A DNA stretch of 64,000 nucleotides from the human T2T-CHM13v2.0 reference genome, Homo sapiens: NCBI RefSeq assembly GCF_009914755.1, contig NC_060925.1; one strand, 5' to 3'. The translations under genes and the position numbers were made by a program. Each line of letters begins with the position of its first letter. The first letter of the stretch is position 1. Of the stretch, positions 39,773 to 56,872 are shown piece after piece. Under the pieces are notes generated by a model. The model made no database searches and was not told where the DNA came from. It worked only from the letters and a program-made list of their open reading frames with translations.

Positions 39773-39778
39773 ATTAAA
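39773..39778 (+). terminator. UBIAD1: Candidate proximal poly(A) signal of UBIAD1 (ATTAAA)
   Basis: ATTAAA about 50 nt after the stop codon, with U-rich tracts at 39855-39915. Confidence 0.35.
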
Positions 39779-41246
39779 GTCAGAGTCTCTGAGGAAGGAA
39801 TGTGATTTGGCAGTCAGGGTACTAAGCATGGGTGGGAACTCCTGCCTTATAAAAATTGTTTTTGTGTTCTTAAAGATAATATGTTGTTTTTCTGTTTTTT
39901 GTTTTTTCCATTTTATGGGGAATTTAAAAACCATTCTTGTATCAGAAGGTGAATTAGGCGCATGGTCTTTGTTTTATTAATAATTTCCACTAGAGGGTGT
40001 TCTCAGGTCACTTTGCAGTGAAGTGGACTTAGTTCCTCCTTGTTCTGTACAAAATGTCTCCAGACTTTGTAAAGGAGCTGCCCAGTTTGGCCTCCTGTCC
40101 CGAAAAGACCCTAATAACTAGGCAGAGTGTTGTCCTGCTTTCTTCGTCTCGTAGGATGTGCTATGATTGGTGCCAGGCCTCACTAACACAGGGGCTACCT
40201 GTCTCTTATTCTCAGCACCTGTGTCCTGAGATACGCTGCCTGAGACAGAGAGAGTCCCTCATTAACAGCCTGTGTGGCTGTCAGCTTTTTGCCTAAATTG
40301 TGATTCAGATGCTTTTGTTCTCTCTCCTTTCACTTATTGCCACAGTTGAGGAAAAGTGTCAGATTACCCTGCAGCAAGACAAGCCAAGGACTGGGAGGGA
40401 AAAAAAAACCACTCTGGAGGCAACTGAGAAAATCACTGCTTTTGGATAGGAATCAGTAGGGTGGCTGTTTTCCCTTTGTTGAATCTACTAGAGTGACAGG
40501 AAGGACTCCCAGCCCTTTCAGTAACTATCAGGAGCCCTGAAACGGTAGAGGCACTGCCATCCTTGTGGGATACTCAAAGCCCACAGGGCTTTTCCCTCCC
40601 TATTGCATCTTCTGATGCTCCCCACACCTACCCTCCACCTCTCCACCTCTGTGGTGTTCCCATTTGTGTGTTTCCCATCTGTGGAGCCAGACTGTTTGAG
40701 CAATAGCTTAGCAGCGAGTCAGGGACAGCTGCCACTTTCCACAGAGCCACAGGATGGGCAGAGCAGGGACCCAGGGAATGAATAGCCAGTGGACAAACAG
40801 TCTTGAGCTCTGTTCAGCCAGAGTGATGGGCCCTGCCAGTTAAGGGGCTGTGTCTTCATCCTTGAAGACAGATGTGCAATATTGACCCTGCCTCTCCCCA
40901 GGGCTTTGTGGAAAGATAGTTGAGGGCTTTAGTGAGATCACACTCAGAGTGGGGCAATTCCAGCATTTATCCTGGCTGCGTTTCATTGCATTGTCTGTGA
41001 AGTATAATTTCTGGGCCAGAATTGCTCAGTTGCATTTGATCCAGGACTATAGATTGGAAATGGGTCATCATTGTTTTCTGTTGTGATTATAGCCATTCTA
41101 GTAGGCGTTTAAGGTCATGGCCTGCAGAAAATGATGTAAGAACTAGTTCTTAATCTTTCAGATCAAGCTAATGATGATATGGAACCTTGAGTTCGAATTG
41201 ATTGGTTTACTTGGAAAAAAACATGTTTGAAAATTGCAAAAGTTCC

Positions 41247-41564
<318 letters not shown>

Positions 41565-42004
41565 CTAAAGTTAAATCAAAGGTGGTTTGTCTAGCAGAGA
41601 GCCAGAATCTTCTAATAGTGGGCAGAGCCCAGAGACAAGGGGAAGAAAGATGACCTTCTCCCCAGTCCTTCCCAGCACCATTTTTGTTTCACACCAGGCT
41701 TGTGGCATTTTGGTGCTCACAGGGGTTTTGCCTTCTGACCTCTCCTTGGAGTAGGCCATTCTCATGCAGGGCTCACCCTGAGGCAGGAGGACCAAGGGCT
41801 CCCTGCGTCCACGGACCACGTATGCCTTGGTGGTCACTCCCATCGGGGCTATCAGTTCTGCACTGTGCCCTGGTGCGGATTTTAATGCATATTTTTATAT
41901 ATAAATGTTCCCAAAGGCCAAATTTGTTGCCAGGTTTTATACGCAGGTCACCATAATTTGTATTATGTTCCCTGAGTCAATGAAGGTTTTCTTTAGACTT
42001 CTTA

Positions 42005-42010
42005 ATTAAA
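42005..42010 (+). terminator. UBIAD1: Probable distal poly(A) signal of UBIAD1 (ATTAAA), giving a 3'UTR of about 2.3 kb
   Basis: ATTAAA followed about 30-50 nt later by a GU/U-rich tract (tggtctggcttctggtttttgcttt). Confidence 0.65.
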
Positions 42011-42395
42011 AAGAGAAGAAAGAAAATGTTCACCAATGGTCTGGCTTCTGGTTTTTGCTTTCCTCATACTTACTGTCTGATTGTGAACTCTGATTTGTAA
42101 ATCTCAGGGAGACCAAGGCAGTGACATTGGACATTCAGGCTGTGCAGAGGGGCACCTGGTCTTTGGTGATGAGTTTGGGTAGGGTTTGACCAGATTCGAC
42201 AGGCCTTTAGAAAAGGCAGCAGGGACTGGGCATGGTGGCTCACGCTTGTAATCACAGTAATTTGTGAGGCCAAGGTGAGAGGATTGCTTGAGCCCAGGAG
42301 TTTGAGACCAGCCTAAGTAACGTAGTAAGACCCCATCTCTACAAAAAAAATTTTAAAAAGTTAGCTGGGCGTGGTGGTGCATGCCTGTAGTCTCA

Positions 42396-42551
<156 letters not shown>

Positions 42552-44125
42552 CTACAGTGGATTTGCCAAGAGCCAGTCAGCAGTCAGGCCAGATTAACCT
42601 CGTTTCATTTTTCTTTTTCTTGATAGGGTCACTGTGCTGCTAGATGGAGAACATGAGGTAGATTGAGTACATGTGGGTTTCAGCTAGGCATTGGACAATA
42701 TATCCTATGAACAAGGCAGAGAGACGTGGGATGGATAACAGTGGAGTTAGATAAATTCCTGAGAGACTGAGCAGGCGGTGGGAGAGAGCTAACTGATCAG
42801 CATGTCAGTGGCAGCTGGGAAGGAGCCCTTAGTAGCAGTTGGAGCCCTGTCCTCTGCCCTTTGCTCCGCTGGATTCAACACCTGTTATTAATGACGCGGA
42901 TGAGGCAGCCAAAATGAAAGGTTTCATGAACCTTGGAGGAAGAGCTTACAAAATGACAATTAGGAGCCTCATAAATCAAAAGGCTGCTTTGATGGGTCAA
43001 AAGAAAAATGTAGTGTGAATAAATACAAAGCAATACACTAAGGTCCCAAAATCAACAGCATAAACATCAGAGAGGGGGAGAGCCATGATGTGACAGCCAT
43101 GGAGATAGGGGGGTATGAGTTTTCTCAGTGACTGGAATCTGACATCACTTGTCTTTATTTATTTATTTATTATTTTTTTTGAGACTATGTCTCAGTGTCG
43201 CCTGGGCTAGAATGGAGTGGCGTGATCTCGGCTCACTGCAACCTCTGCCTCCCGGATTCAAAGCCATTCTCCTGCCTCAGCCTCCCCAGTAGCTGGGATT
43301 ACAGGCACGTACCACCACACCTAGCTAATTTTTGTATATATATGTTTTATATATATCTCACTCTGTCGCACGGGCTAGAGTGCAGTGGCGCAATCTCGGC
43401 TCACTGCAACCTCTGCTTCCTGGGTTCAAGCGATTCTCCCACCTTAGCCTCCTGAGTAGCTGGCATTACAGGCACCCGCCACTATGCCCAGCTAATTTTT
43501 TGTATTTTTAGTAGAGAAGGGGTTTCACCATGTTGGCCAGGCTGGTCTCAAACTCCTGACCTTGAGATTCACCCGCCTTGGCCTCCCAAAGTGCTGGGAT
43601 TACAGGTGTGAGCCACCGCACCTGGCATAATTTTTGTATTTTTAGTAGAGACGGGGTTTTACCATGTTGGCCAGGCTGGTCTCGAAATCCTGACCTCAGG
43701 CTATCTACCCATCTGGGCCTCCCAAAGTGCTGAGATTACAGGCGTGAGCCCCCGTGCCTGGCTGCCTTTATTTCTTGGAGTCAGATTTATTCTGCTCCCC
43801 AGGCAGGTGGCTGAAAATTCAATGCCAGCTACCTCTTGAGCACCCTCCCAAATGTCTGGGATCACCCAGAACTCCTGGCCTCTGTGGGGCCAGAGCCAGG
43901 GATTTTTGCTTACCATCTGTAAGGTCACCTCTCTGCTACTGGATGCTGGGGTTTGGCCCTGGAATCTGCCCTTGTCTTGGACACTGCTCCTCTAGAAGGG
44001 TTCATAAAGCCCCTTCCTGGTGACAAGTGCCAGTGGGGCACAGATCCTGCTACTCCAGTCACATTTCTGCCCAGTCTTGGAGCACTACCACTCTACCTAT
44101 GATAATGCTCCATCCACCTCCCCTA

Positions 44126-44428
<303 letters not shown>

Positions 44429-44431
44429 TTA

Positions 44432-44560
<129 letters not shown>

Positions 44561-44656
44561 CTAAATAAACAAATAAATAAAATAACCAACACCTGAGCCT
44601 TTGACCTGGGCCAAAGCTTAGTCTGAGTCAGTAATGAGCTCCAACTTCCATGCAGA

Positions 44657-44700
44657 TTAATATGATCTGAGCTAGAATTTAATATGATCTGAGCTAGAAT
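44657..44700 (+). repeat. Perfect 22-bp tandem duplication
   Basis: ttaatatgatctgagctagaat x2. Confidence 0.95.
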
Positions 44701-44850
44701 TAACAGGAGAATTAGCGTCCAGAATAAGGAAGGCAGAAATTCTGCCCATCCCTGTCATTCTTCTCATGCTGGGCTGGGGCCAGTCCTGGGCACTTTCTTG
44801 CCTTCTTTCTTTTCTCTAGATATTAATAGAATCAGTGTGGTGAGAGATCA

Positions 44851-45205
<355 letters not shown>

Positions 45206-45551
45206 TCATCTCAAAAAAAAAAAAAAAAAAAGAAATATGGAATGGATGAAAAGACAATTACAGGAGCTTGCTTTCTATATGCATGTGTGTGCACGCGTGT
45301 GTGTTTGCATTGGTAACGGCTGCAGTAGAGATTTCCATTTCTCAGTGTAAGAACCACACTTTGAAGATGTTATCAACAAAGTGGATCTTGTCCTGAATGC
45401 GGTTGGCAGATGGGTGGGGGCACATAAAGCCATGTCAGCCTGGAAAGGAGAGTCACAAGAAGGCTGTCTTCGGGAAGACGGGTTGGACTTTTTTTTTTAA
45501 AACTTTTTTTTGCGTGTGGCTTCAAAGGGTAAAACTAGGACTAATGGGTAG

Positions 45552-45747
<196 letters not shown>

Positions 45748-45797
45748 TAACAGGTGTGTGCCACCATGTCCAGCTAATTTTTGTGTTTTTAGTATAG

Positions 45798-46016
<219 letters not shown>

Positions 46017-46271
46017 TGATTCCTCGTCAGGAACATGGGTGTGAAGAGTCGCATCAGAGAGGCGTTGGATGAGAAGACCTCTAAGGGTCTTCCAATCCTG
46101 TGATTCAGTTGTTCTGTTATTACGGGATAGTCTTTCAGACCTGCCCCACGGGTTGGGAGGACAGAGTACAAGAGCCGTGTTGACATTTCTTCTTGATGTC
46201 AGACTGTTGACTGTCTGGCCATCTTAACAGGAACAGCTGTGATTGATATTCTTTTTTTAAAAGATTTTATG

Positions 46272-46273
<2 letters not shown>

Positions 46274-46317
<44 letters not shown>
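46274..46317 (+). repeat. (CA)n microsatellite
   Basis: Direct reading: about 21-22 CA units. Confidence 0.95.
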
Positions 46318-46323
<6 letters not shown>

Positions 46324-47278
46324 GAGTTGATTTCACCTCGAAAGCCCTTGAAGTGAGAGGGATGACAGCTCCTCTCTGAGCCCTGCGGACCACTCTGCTG
46401 CTAATGGACTGTCAGCCTCTTTCATTATGGGCTCCAGACTGTGCAGGCTGGTGTAAAAGGAATGCCTCTGGCAAGAACCTGGCACTTGGGTTCCAGCCAG
46501 TTGACATTTGTGACCTGCCCTTCTTCAAACTGGGACAGCCCTCCCACTGTGAGTGACTAAGCTAGGATGGCAAATGGTGGTATAAACCAAGTTGGGTTCC
46601 TGCCTGAGGAGGGGGCAAAGGCTGAGTCTGGGCTCATCAGGAGGCTTGCAAACGGCTTCCTGGGGTCAGGGAAAGGCTGTAATTGCAAGGCACAGACTCA
46701 CTTCAGAAGATGCTGGAGCTCTGGGAGGAACAGTGAGGGCTTTGATCACATGCTCCCAACCAGGCTGAGTGGGGTATCACAAGTTGGTCTGGGCGCTTCT
46801 ATGATGTTAAGGGATCCCAAGGGGCAGGGCTCTGTGTGGTGTGATTCAAGGGGTCCTCCAAATTCCGCACTCCCACGGTCCTGCCATATCCTGGCCCCTG
46901 TCTCCCCCAGCTTGGCTTAGAATTGCCTCCCATTAGGATCACAAATGGGTTTAACAGGGAAGACAAAAGCATAGCATGTGTTACTCACCTATTATTTTGC
47001 CAACATGTTTATTGTCAATTTCTCCCAGTAAGTGGTAGGACTAGAGTATAAGGACCATGTTTTCTTTTCCAGCCCATCTCAGCACTAGCACAGTGCATGG
47101 TGCAACAGAGCAGGCAGTCAGTAACTGGTTGTTGAATGACTGAGTTACATGGGAAGGGCTGGGCCCTCCAGGGCTGACTGACAGGTGTGAGAGTTTGGAC
47201 CACTGCATCACATCAGCTGTCAGTAAGGACAGGTGAGTTCCACTTGGGGTTGGGAGTAGAGGAGAACCATGGCAGTAA

Positions 47279-47603
<325 letters not shown>

Positions 47604-48478
47604 TAAGATCCAGCTCATATTCCTGGCACGTAGAAGTCTCTAAATAAATAAACGTTGGATGACTGGCCGAGGGAATGGCAGTAATAAAGCTGTCATTTGT
47701 TGAATGCTCACTATGGACCAGGCACTGTTCTGATGCTTAAATACATTCTTTTAGTGCTCATAACAACCCCACGAATTGGATATTAAGGTCTCTTTTTCAT
47801 AAGAGAGGAAACTGAGGTTCAGGGAGATTATTAAACTTGTCTAGGGTCATCTGGCTAGTAAGTGATAGAACCATGATTCAAATCTTGCTCTAATTCAGTG
47901 CAAGTTCTTTTATTATTATTATTTTTAATTAAAAAATTGAGACAGGGTCTCATTATGTTGGCCAGGCTGGTCTCAAACTCCTGGCCTCAAGCAGTCTTAC
48001 CTTGGCCTCCCAAAGCGTTGGGACTACAGGTGTGAGCCACCACACCCAGCCTTCACTACAAACTGCCCCTCATCTCTCTTGCCCTGCAGTTCCTTGCTTG
48101 TAAGGGACTCAATCCATTGGTCTGCCCTTAGCCGCTCCCAAGTGTGTGAGTGTTGGGGCCAGCTATAGGCCTACAGAGGTGGCCCATGTGCCAGTGCCAC
48201 AGAGGTGGTTCCCATCAGGGTGGGATGGCTGCTTCCTGGCTGGTGGCATTCCTACCAACACCCCCAGGGGCCAGCTCTGTGGGGATAGTAACTAAGCTTG
48301 TTGGTCTAACCTACTCTGGCTGGCTGGGCGAAAGTTACAAGTCAAAGTCTGCCCATCCCCAGATAATGGAGAGTGGCTCCTGCCTACCCACGATGATGGA
48401 GGCGAAGGTTCAGTCTCAGGTTAAATTTATGCTCCTGTCCCCTCATCTGTCTGTCCTCATTCGTCTCGTCTCTTCCAG

Positions 48479-48775
48479 TCCTCATCTAGCCACTGAAGCA
48501 GAGTGCCCACATCAGGAGCAGCCAGTGCTCAAGCTCCCAGAAACTGCCTAGTGACCTGCCTTCTAGACCTGCCTCCTGAGAATGGGGCTGGCCACCTTCG
48601 AGGAGAGGGAAGTGAGCCCCTTCCTGCCTCGGGGTGGGCAGCATCTGGAGCTGACAATTGTATGCATGTTCAGGACACAGGATACTCAACTCTTCGGGTT
48701 CAGTGTGCTGTGTGGAGGGAGAGGAAGTTGACACACGTGAACCATAGAATAAACAACGACCACAGAACATCAAGG
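48479..48775 (+). other. UBIAD1: Candidate alternative terminal exon of UBIAD1 (truncating isoform ending ...TG-VLI*)
   Basis: A long polypyrimidine tract ends tcttccag| at 48478. Spliced to exon 1 (phase 1) it reads GTC CTC ATC TAG. AATAAA at 48748-48753. Confidence 0.6.
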
Positions 48776-50720
48776 TAGAGATGGGGCTGCTGGGTATCAG
48801 GAAGGCTTCCAGGAAGAGGTGACAATGAGCGGCGATCAAGGTTTCTAGGAAGAGGTGGCCATAAGAGGTGACTGTTCCATGGAAACCGAGGTGCTGATGG
48901 ACAGCTCAATTCCCCCAGCTGGAGAAAGCCCCCCTGTTGCTGCCTGAGAGAGTAAGACTCGAAGTTTTCCTTAATCAGCCTCTTTTGGCTGTGCAGTTAG
49001 ACAACTGGAGCATTGAGGCAGGTGTGCCAAGGGCACTCTGACCACTGCCAAGGTCAAAGCCTTCTGCAGAATGAAAACTCCGACACTTCCTTGCTGAGAA
49101 ACAAACAAGAGAGAATGGCGGGGCATTTAATCATCCACAGCTGCCAATACCTAATCAAGATGAATGGCCTGGAGAGACAAGGCCAGGGAAAGCATCCCGT
49201 GAAGCAGGAGCGCTGAGCCCAAGTCTCCTGCGAGTCAGGGGAGCCCCTCAGCCCTGGGCCACATTGAGGCCAAGGGAATACCAGGTGGGAGGCCCTCAGA
49301 TTCAGGGGAAGTGCTGAGGGGGTCAGAGGTCACCATGGTCACCAATGAGGGCCTTCCAGCTGACACTTGCCTTGGCCAAAGACCTTTACTGAGAGCCTGC
49401 TCTGTCCCAGGAGGCAAGATAAACGAGGCACACCCCTGCCCTTTGAGGACACACAGTGAACTAATAGCAAAAGCTACATGCATACATTATCCTGCCACCT
49501 CAAGTGTCAACATAGACACTTGTCCCTAGAGATCCTTAAAGCCCCTCTGAAGGACAGGCCACTCACAGCCATGTGTGAGACATAGAGGCATAAAGGCTGT
49601 GGGGAAATGAGGGCAGAAGAGATGAACTTCTCCATGCCCCATTGTTCCAGACTGCGATCAATTCACTATCTATGACTAGATCTCCTCTGATGCCATCTGC
49701 AGGTGGCTGCAAGACCAGTCAATTTATTGAACAAGTATTATGTTACAGGCACTTGCTAAGCTCTGGGAGGTATCATGGTAAATGAGACCTTATCCCTGTC
49801 CTCAGGAAACTTACACTCTCCAGAGGACAGACAGACAAACAGGCACACCTTATATCACTCCTGGAGCTTGACTGGTGAAGTGGAAAGAGTTTGGGCTTTC
49901 GAGTCTGGCAGCACTGGGTGGGTAGAAGTCCAGGCTCGATCACTCACCCCCGGGATACCCTCAGACAAGCTACATAACCTCTTTGAGCTTCCGGTGCCTC
50001 CTCTGCAAAGGAGGATGATAGGATTTGCCCTGTAGGGTAATTTTGGGTTTAAATGAGGTAGTGCTCACAGAGTACTTAGCATGTGCCTGGTGAGTAGTAG
50101 GCACTTCATAAAGTGAGTTCCCCCTGTCCCCCCCTTTGTTTTGAGACAGGATCTCACTCTGTAGCCCAGGGTGGAGTGCAGTAGCACAATCATGGCTTAC
50201 TGCAGCCTCAACCTCCCTGGGCTCAGGTGATCTTCCCACCTCAGCCTCCAGAGTAGCTTGGACTACAGGCTTGCACCACCATGCCCAGCTAATTTTTGTA
50301 TTTTTTATAGAGACAAGATTTCACCATGTTGCCCAGGCTGGTCTCCAGCTCTTAGGCTAAAGCAATCCGCCCGCCTCAGCCTCCCAAAGTGCTGGGATTA
50401 CAAGCCTGAGCCACTGCTTCCAGCCCCCTTTCCTTTCTTATGGATGACTATTTTAGAATGTTGTTTTTTGTGTAATCTTAGACTTTCCTACCAAAGGCAG
50501 AGGGCCCATGGCTGAGGGTCCATGTTCTTCCCAGTACTCAGCACAGTGCCTGGTACATTCATTCATTCATTCAACAAACATGTATTGAGCACCTGATAAG
50601 TACCAGGAACTGTATTAAAACTAAACATAGAAAATGAACAAGACCAGATCTCTATGCTCCCAGAGCTTATATGATAGTAAGGGAGATAGAAAAGAAACAA
50701 CTATTCATTGTGAAACTCTC

Positions 50721-51090
50721 TGCTGTGGTTTGAATGTTGTATCCTCCCAGATTCATGTTGAATCCTAATGTTGAATCCTATGTTGAAGCCTAATCCCCAA
50801 CATGATTGTATTAGGAGGTGGCAACTTTGGGAGGTGATTAGGTCACGAGAGTAGAGTCCTCATGGGTAGAGTATTAGTGCCCTGATCAAAGAGACCCCAG
50901 GGAGCTGCCTTGCTCCTTCCTCCATGGGAGGACACAGCTGGAAGGCACTATCTATGAACCAGAAAGTGGCCTTCACCAAACCAAATCTGCCTTGGTTTTG
51001 GACTTCTCAGCCCCCAGACCTGTGAGACATTTCTGTTGTGTATAAGCCATCTAGTTTAATGGTATTTTGCTATAGTAGCCTGAATGGCAC
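50721..51090 (+). mobile_element. MaLR LTR (MLT1A/MST-like)
   Basis: tgctgtggtttgaatg...tggtattttgctatagtagcc; contains an internal triplication of tgttgaatccta. Confidence 0.7.
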
Positions 51091-51586
51091 TCTGTGTATG
51101 GGGGTGGGGGTGTCCATTTGGTGATTCCGAGGGGCTCTGCCCTGGCACCAGGATAAGTTCCATGCAGAAACCAAAGGATGACCCATCTGCAGCCCTTCTG
51201 TCAGGAGAGCCAAGCCTGGCTGTGCTGAGATCAGAATCCTGGTGGGGTGACTATGAAAAAGTTGGGGTCTTGGCCTTGGGGTCAAAGATTGTCAAGGTGA
51301 CTTCTCATTCGAATGCTTCACAGCCCTGGAGGCTTGACAGTTGAGAATGCGCTGAAGAAGTCCTGGATGGAGAGACAGGTGGTCTTACATGTGGCTGTGA
51401 GTGGCCTGTCCTTCAGAGAGGCTTTAGGAATCTCTAGGTACAAGGGAAAGATAACATCCCCTTGGGCTGCAGTCCAGGTTCATTCAACAAGGGAAGAAAA
51501 CTGGAAAACATCTGATGTCTGTTTTACCAGAGTTGTTACTATTACTTTTACTATTATTGTTTTTTGTTTTTTTGTTTTTTTTTTGA

Positions 51587-51730
<144 letters not shown>

Positions 51731-51733
51731 TAA

Positions 51734-52301
<568 letters not shown>

Positions 52302-53428
52302 TTATTATCCTGGGTATTCAGTAGGTGCTGAACGTGAAGGGAACCCAATGCAGTGAGCGACACCTGGTAAAGCCATCTCAATGTCTAGACAAGCAGTCTC
52401 CATGCAGCTCCAAGGAGGATAAGGGGAAACCACAGAGGGCTGTGAGCAGAGGGTTGCTCAGAGCCCCTCCTGACGGAGGCGAGGAGGAGGTGGAGCCATT
52501 CGTTATCCTGCCAGCTTGGCACAGAGGCTGGGTGCAGGGGCTGGGTGGCTGTGCTGAGAAGAGCCATTCCATTTCCAAGAAGGAACAGGGAGGGGATGGT
52601 GAGGAGCGAAGATAACCAAGTCAGTCAAGCAGGGCAGAGCACGGTGTAATCCATGCCCTAGGCCATCACAGTGGCTGCAGCCAATCTCACTGCATGAGAG
52701 GTGGGAGAAGATGGGCTTCCCCAGGAGAGGCCCTGCCCTGGAAACCCCACTGCCTGCCCTGGGTCATCCTTGATACTCATTCCCTTGTTTCTCTCAGTGG
52801 CGGGCATGACAGCAACATGTCAAGGCCGCCTAACCACAGTCACAGTGAGAGCCACCAGACGCTGGATCCGGGCAGCAACTTGGGGTTCACTGAAGCTTTC
52901 TCCGTGCTTTTCTCACGCTGGCCTCCCTATGGCCCTGAGAGGTGCATGCTCGGCTTGTTTCATGGGCTGAGTGGTTCAGTGACTTGCTCGGGATCACAAC
53001 CACCGCACAGGAGCACCACACATGGCCTGGACTGGTTCTCTTCCAACTCTAAAAGCAGCACTCATTTGGTTAACAGTCTTTTTCATTTTCAACACTTCTT
53101 TCTTTTGAAGGGGGGAGCAAAGCGTGATCGGTTGCCTTTTATAATTCTCGTTTTCAATTTCAATCTCTTTTAAAATGTTGAAAGAGTCACAGCTGCCTCT
53201 TTTGTTATTGTCTTCATCTCCCACCCTCTTTCCGGCCTCTCCTCCTTGCCTTTCCTTCCCTTAACCCTTCCCATGGCTCCTCTGAGCTGCCCAGGCATGT
53301 GGCCGGCTTGTCATGCTGGTGGCCTTGGATGTTGGAGAAGAGGGGGAAGAGGTAGGATTGAGGGGCTCCATCAGAGACAGGGTCTCAGGGGTCTTCACAG
53401 TTTGATGGATTTTTTTTTTTTTTTTTGA

Positions 53429-53797
<369 letters not shown>

Positions 53798-54645
53798 TGA
53801 AGACATCTAATAACTTTTACAATTTTTTTTTTTTTGAGACACAGTCTCCCTCTGTCACCCAGGCTGGAGTGCAGTGGTGTGATCTTGGCTCACTGCAACC
53901 TCTGCCTCCTGGGTTCAAGTGATTCTTGTGCCACAGCCTCCTGAGTAGCTGGGATTACAGGCGCCCACCACCATGCCTGGCTAATTTTTGTATTTTTAGT
54001 AAGACAGGGTTTCACCATGTTGGCAAGGCTGGTCTCGAACTCCTGACCTCAAGTGATCTACCAGCCTTGGCCTCTCAAAGTGCTGGGATTACAGGCATGA
54101 GCCACTGCGCCCGGCCAAAAAAAAATTTTTGTTTATTCAAAATTTCTGTCTTTTTTTTTGAGACAGGGTCTCACTCTGTGGCCCAGGCTGGAGTGCAGTG
54201 GCAAGATCACCGCTCACTGAGGCCTCGGCCTCCCCAGGCTCAGGTGATCCTCCCACCTCAGCCTCCCGAGTAGCTGGTACTACAGGCATGCACCACCACA
54301 CCCAGCTAATTTTTGTATTTTTAGTAGACACGGGGTTTTACCATGTTGACCAGGCTGGTCTCGAACTCCTGACCTCAAGTGATCCACCTGCCTCGGCCTC
54401 CCAAAATGCTGGGGTTACAGACGTGAGTCACCATGCCTGGTGAATGGATGGTTGATTCTATTTGCTTTGTGCAGTCTGACTGATGTAAATCATCTCAGCC
54501 ATGTCTGGGCGTTGGAGTCAGGTTTAGGCAGGAGTGGCCTCCAGGTCACCTGCAGAAACACACACGGCCGTGGCTCACCCCCTTGCTCCCAGTCACTCTG
54601 TGTCTGAGCCAACTTAGGATCGTGTATGTGTGTTCTCACACTTGA

Positions 54646-54849
<204 letters not shown>

Positions 54850-55892
54850 TAGAGACAGGGTTTCACCATGTTAGCCAGGATGGTCTCGATCTCCTGACCT
54901 CGTGTCCGCCCGCCTCGGCCTCCCAAAGTGCTGGGATTACAGGCTTGAGCCACTGCGCCCGGCCACACTTGAGACTCTTAGCAATTCCATGACTGAGGTA
55001 TGATAGCTCCCATTTTATAGATGAGGAAACTGAGGCTCCTTCAGCAAGTTAAACAGCTTGCTCTCAATGTCCCCAAACAGACCCAGCAGCCCAAGGTCTC
55101 AGAGCTGATGGCAGAGCTGGGATGAGAAGCCAAGTCCTTTGACTTCTAACCCAGTGCTTTTCCCGCCATGCTCTGTGTCCCATCCTTGGTCCTAATCTTG
55201 AGACGGCAGGACTAAGATTGGAGGACTTGTGGCTTCCAGGTTCCTCCTGAAAGCCACCAGAGATTTAAAAAAAAAAAAAAAGAGTGAGAGGTTAGCCTGA
55301 TCCAGCGAGAGCAGCGATGGCTCCCTGGGTGAGGATACATGCCAGCGAGTGAGGAGCTGCTGACTGGGGGGTGATCTCCCTGATAAATGATGGAGTGCCA
55401 GTTGCTTCTGCAGCTGCAGGGCTGCATCTGGGCCCCAGTGCTGATGCACGCTCCGCCTCCAGATCCGCATTGTCACCAGCTTGTTGGAAAAACAGATGTT
55501 ATTGTCCTCTGTTCCTGTCCCTTTGTCCCTAATAGGCACTTAAGCGCAGGAGGGGGAAAAAGAAACGGAGACAGAATCGTGTAACTATTTCAGGCTCTTT
55601 CCAGAAGCATGCACTTCTGTGGGACTTGGGGTCTGGGATGGAATGGGTGCAGGGAAGCACCCCCTGCCCCCTGCCCCAGTGTTTCTGGGACAGCCCTGGG
55701 GAGAAGCTGCTTGTTGGTCCAAGGCAGTGGGTGCTGAGGACTAGTTCTTGGAGGAGACGCCTTCCTTCTCTCTTAGATCTGCACCTGGAGTGGGCCCTAA
55801 GCTGACATTTCAAAGAAGGAATGCTGGGGACCTCTGGTCTTCTGCCTGGACTGCCAGAGTTTGGAAGATTGGATGAGGTCAAGGGCTGATGA

Positions 55893-56192
<300 letters not shown>

Positions 56193-56545
56193 TAACCCTA
56201 CTCCTGACAGCAGCATACTGGTTTGCAGGTGAAAACTTTTCATGGAAAGGACAATACATTCTCTTCCATCAGGTCAGCCATGGCTATGATTTAATGGGAG
56301 CTCTGAGGCTCTCCTGCACCTAAATAGCTCTGCATCAACCTGCCTCTGTGCCTCAGATTCCACCATTAGTCAGTCCTCTGAATAAAGGCCTTATATTTCT
56401 CAAAGGTCCTTGCTAAAATACGAGCACATAACTGAGGAGATTCTCATTGAGGAAAAAAAATCTGCTTGTCACCATGGAGAACAGAGGATCAGGGCCTAAA
56501 ATGAGTGCTACACAAGATGGGGACATTTTGATCAGGGAAAGATGA

Positions 56546-56872
<327 letters not shown>

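Noticed and set aside
44691-44703. 13-mer gagctagaattaa shared with the SVA 5' junction (60221-60233)
   Set aside because: A single short match 15 kb away. The true TSD partner is at 58516-58528, next to a poly(A) tail, so this is most likely chance.
55192-55539. 115-aa minus-strand ORF in unique sequence, considered as a possible lost gene exon
   Set aside because: No recognisable homology, crosses a poly-T run, and has no convincing splice-site pair.
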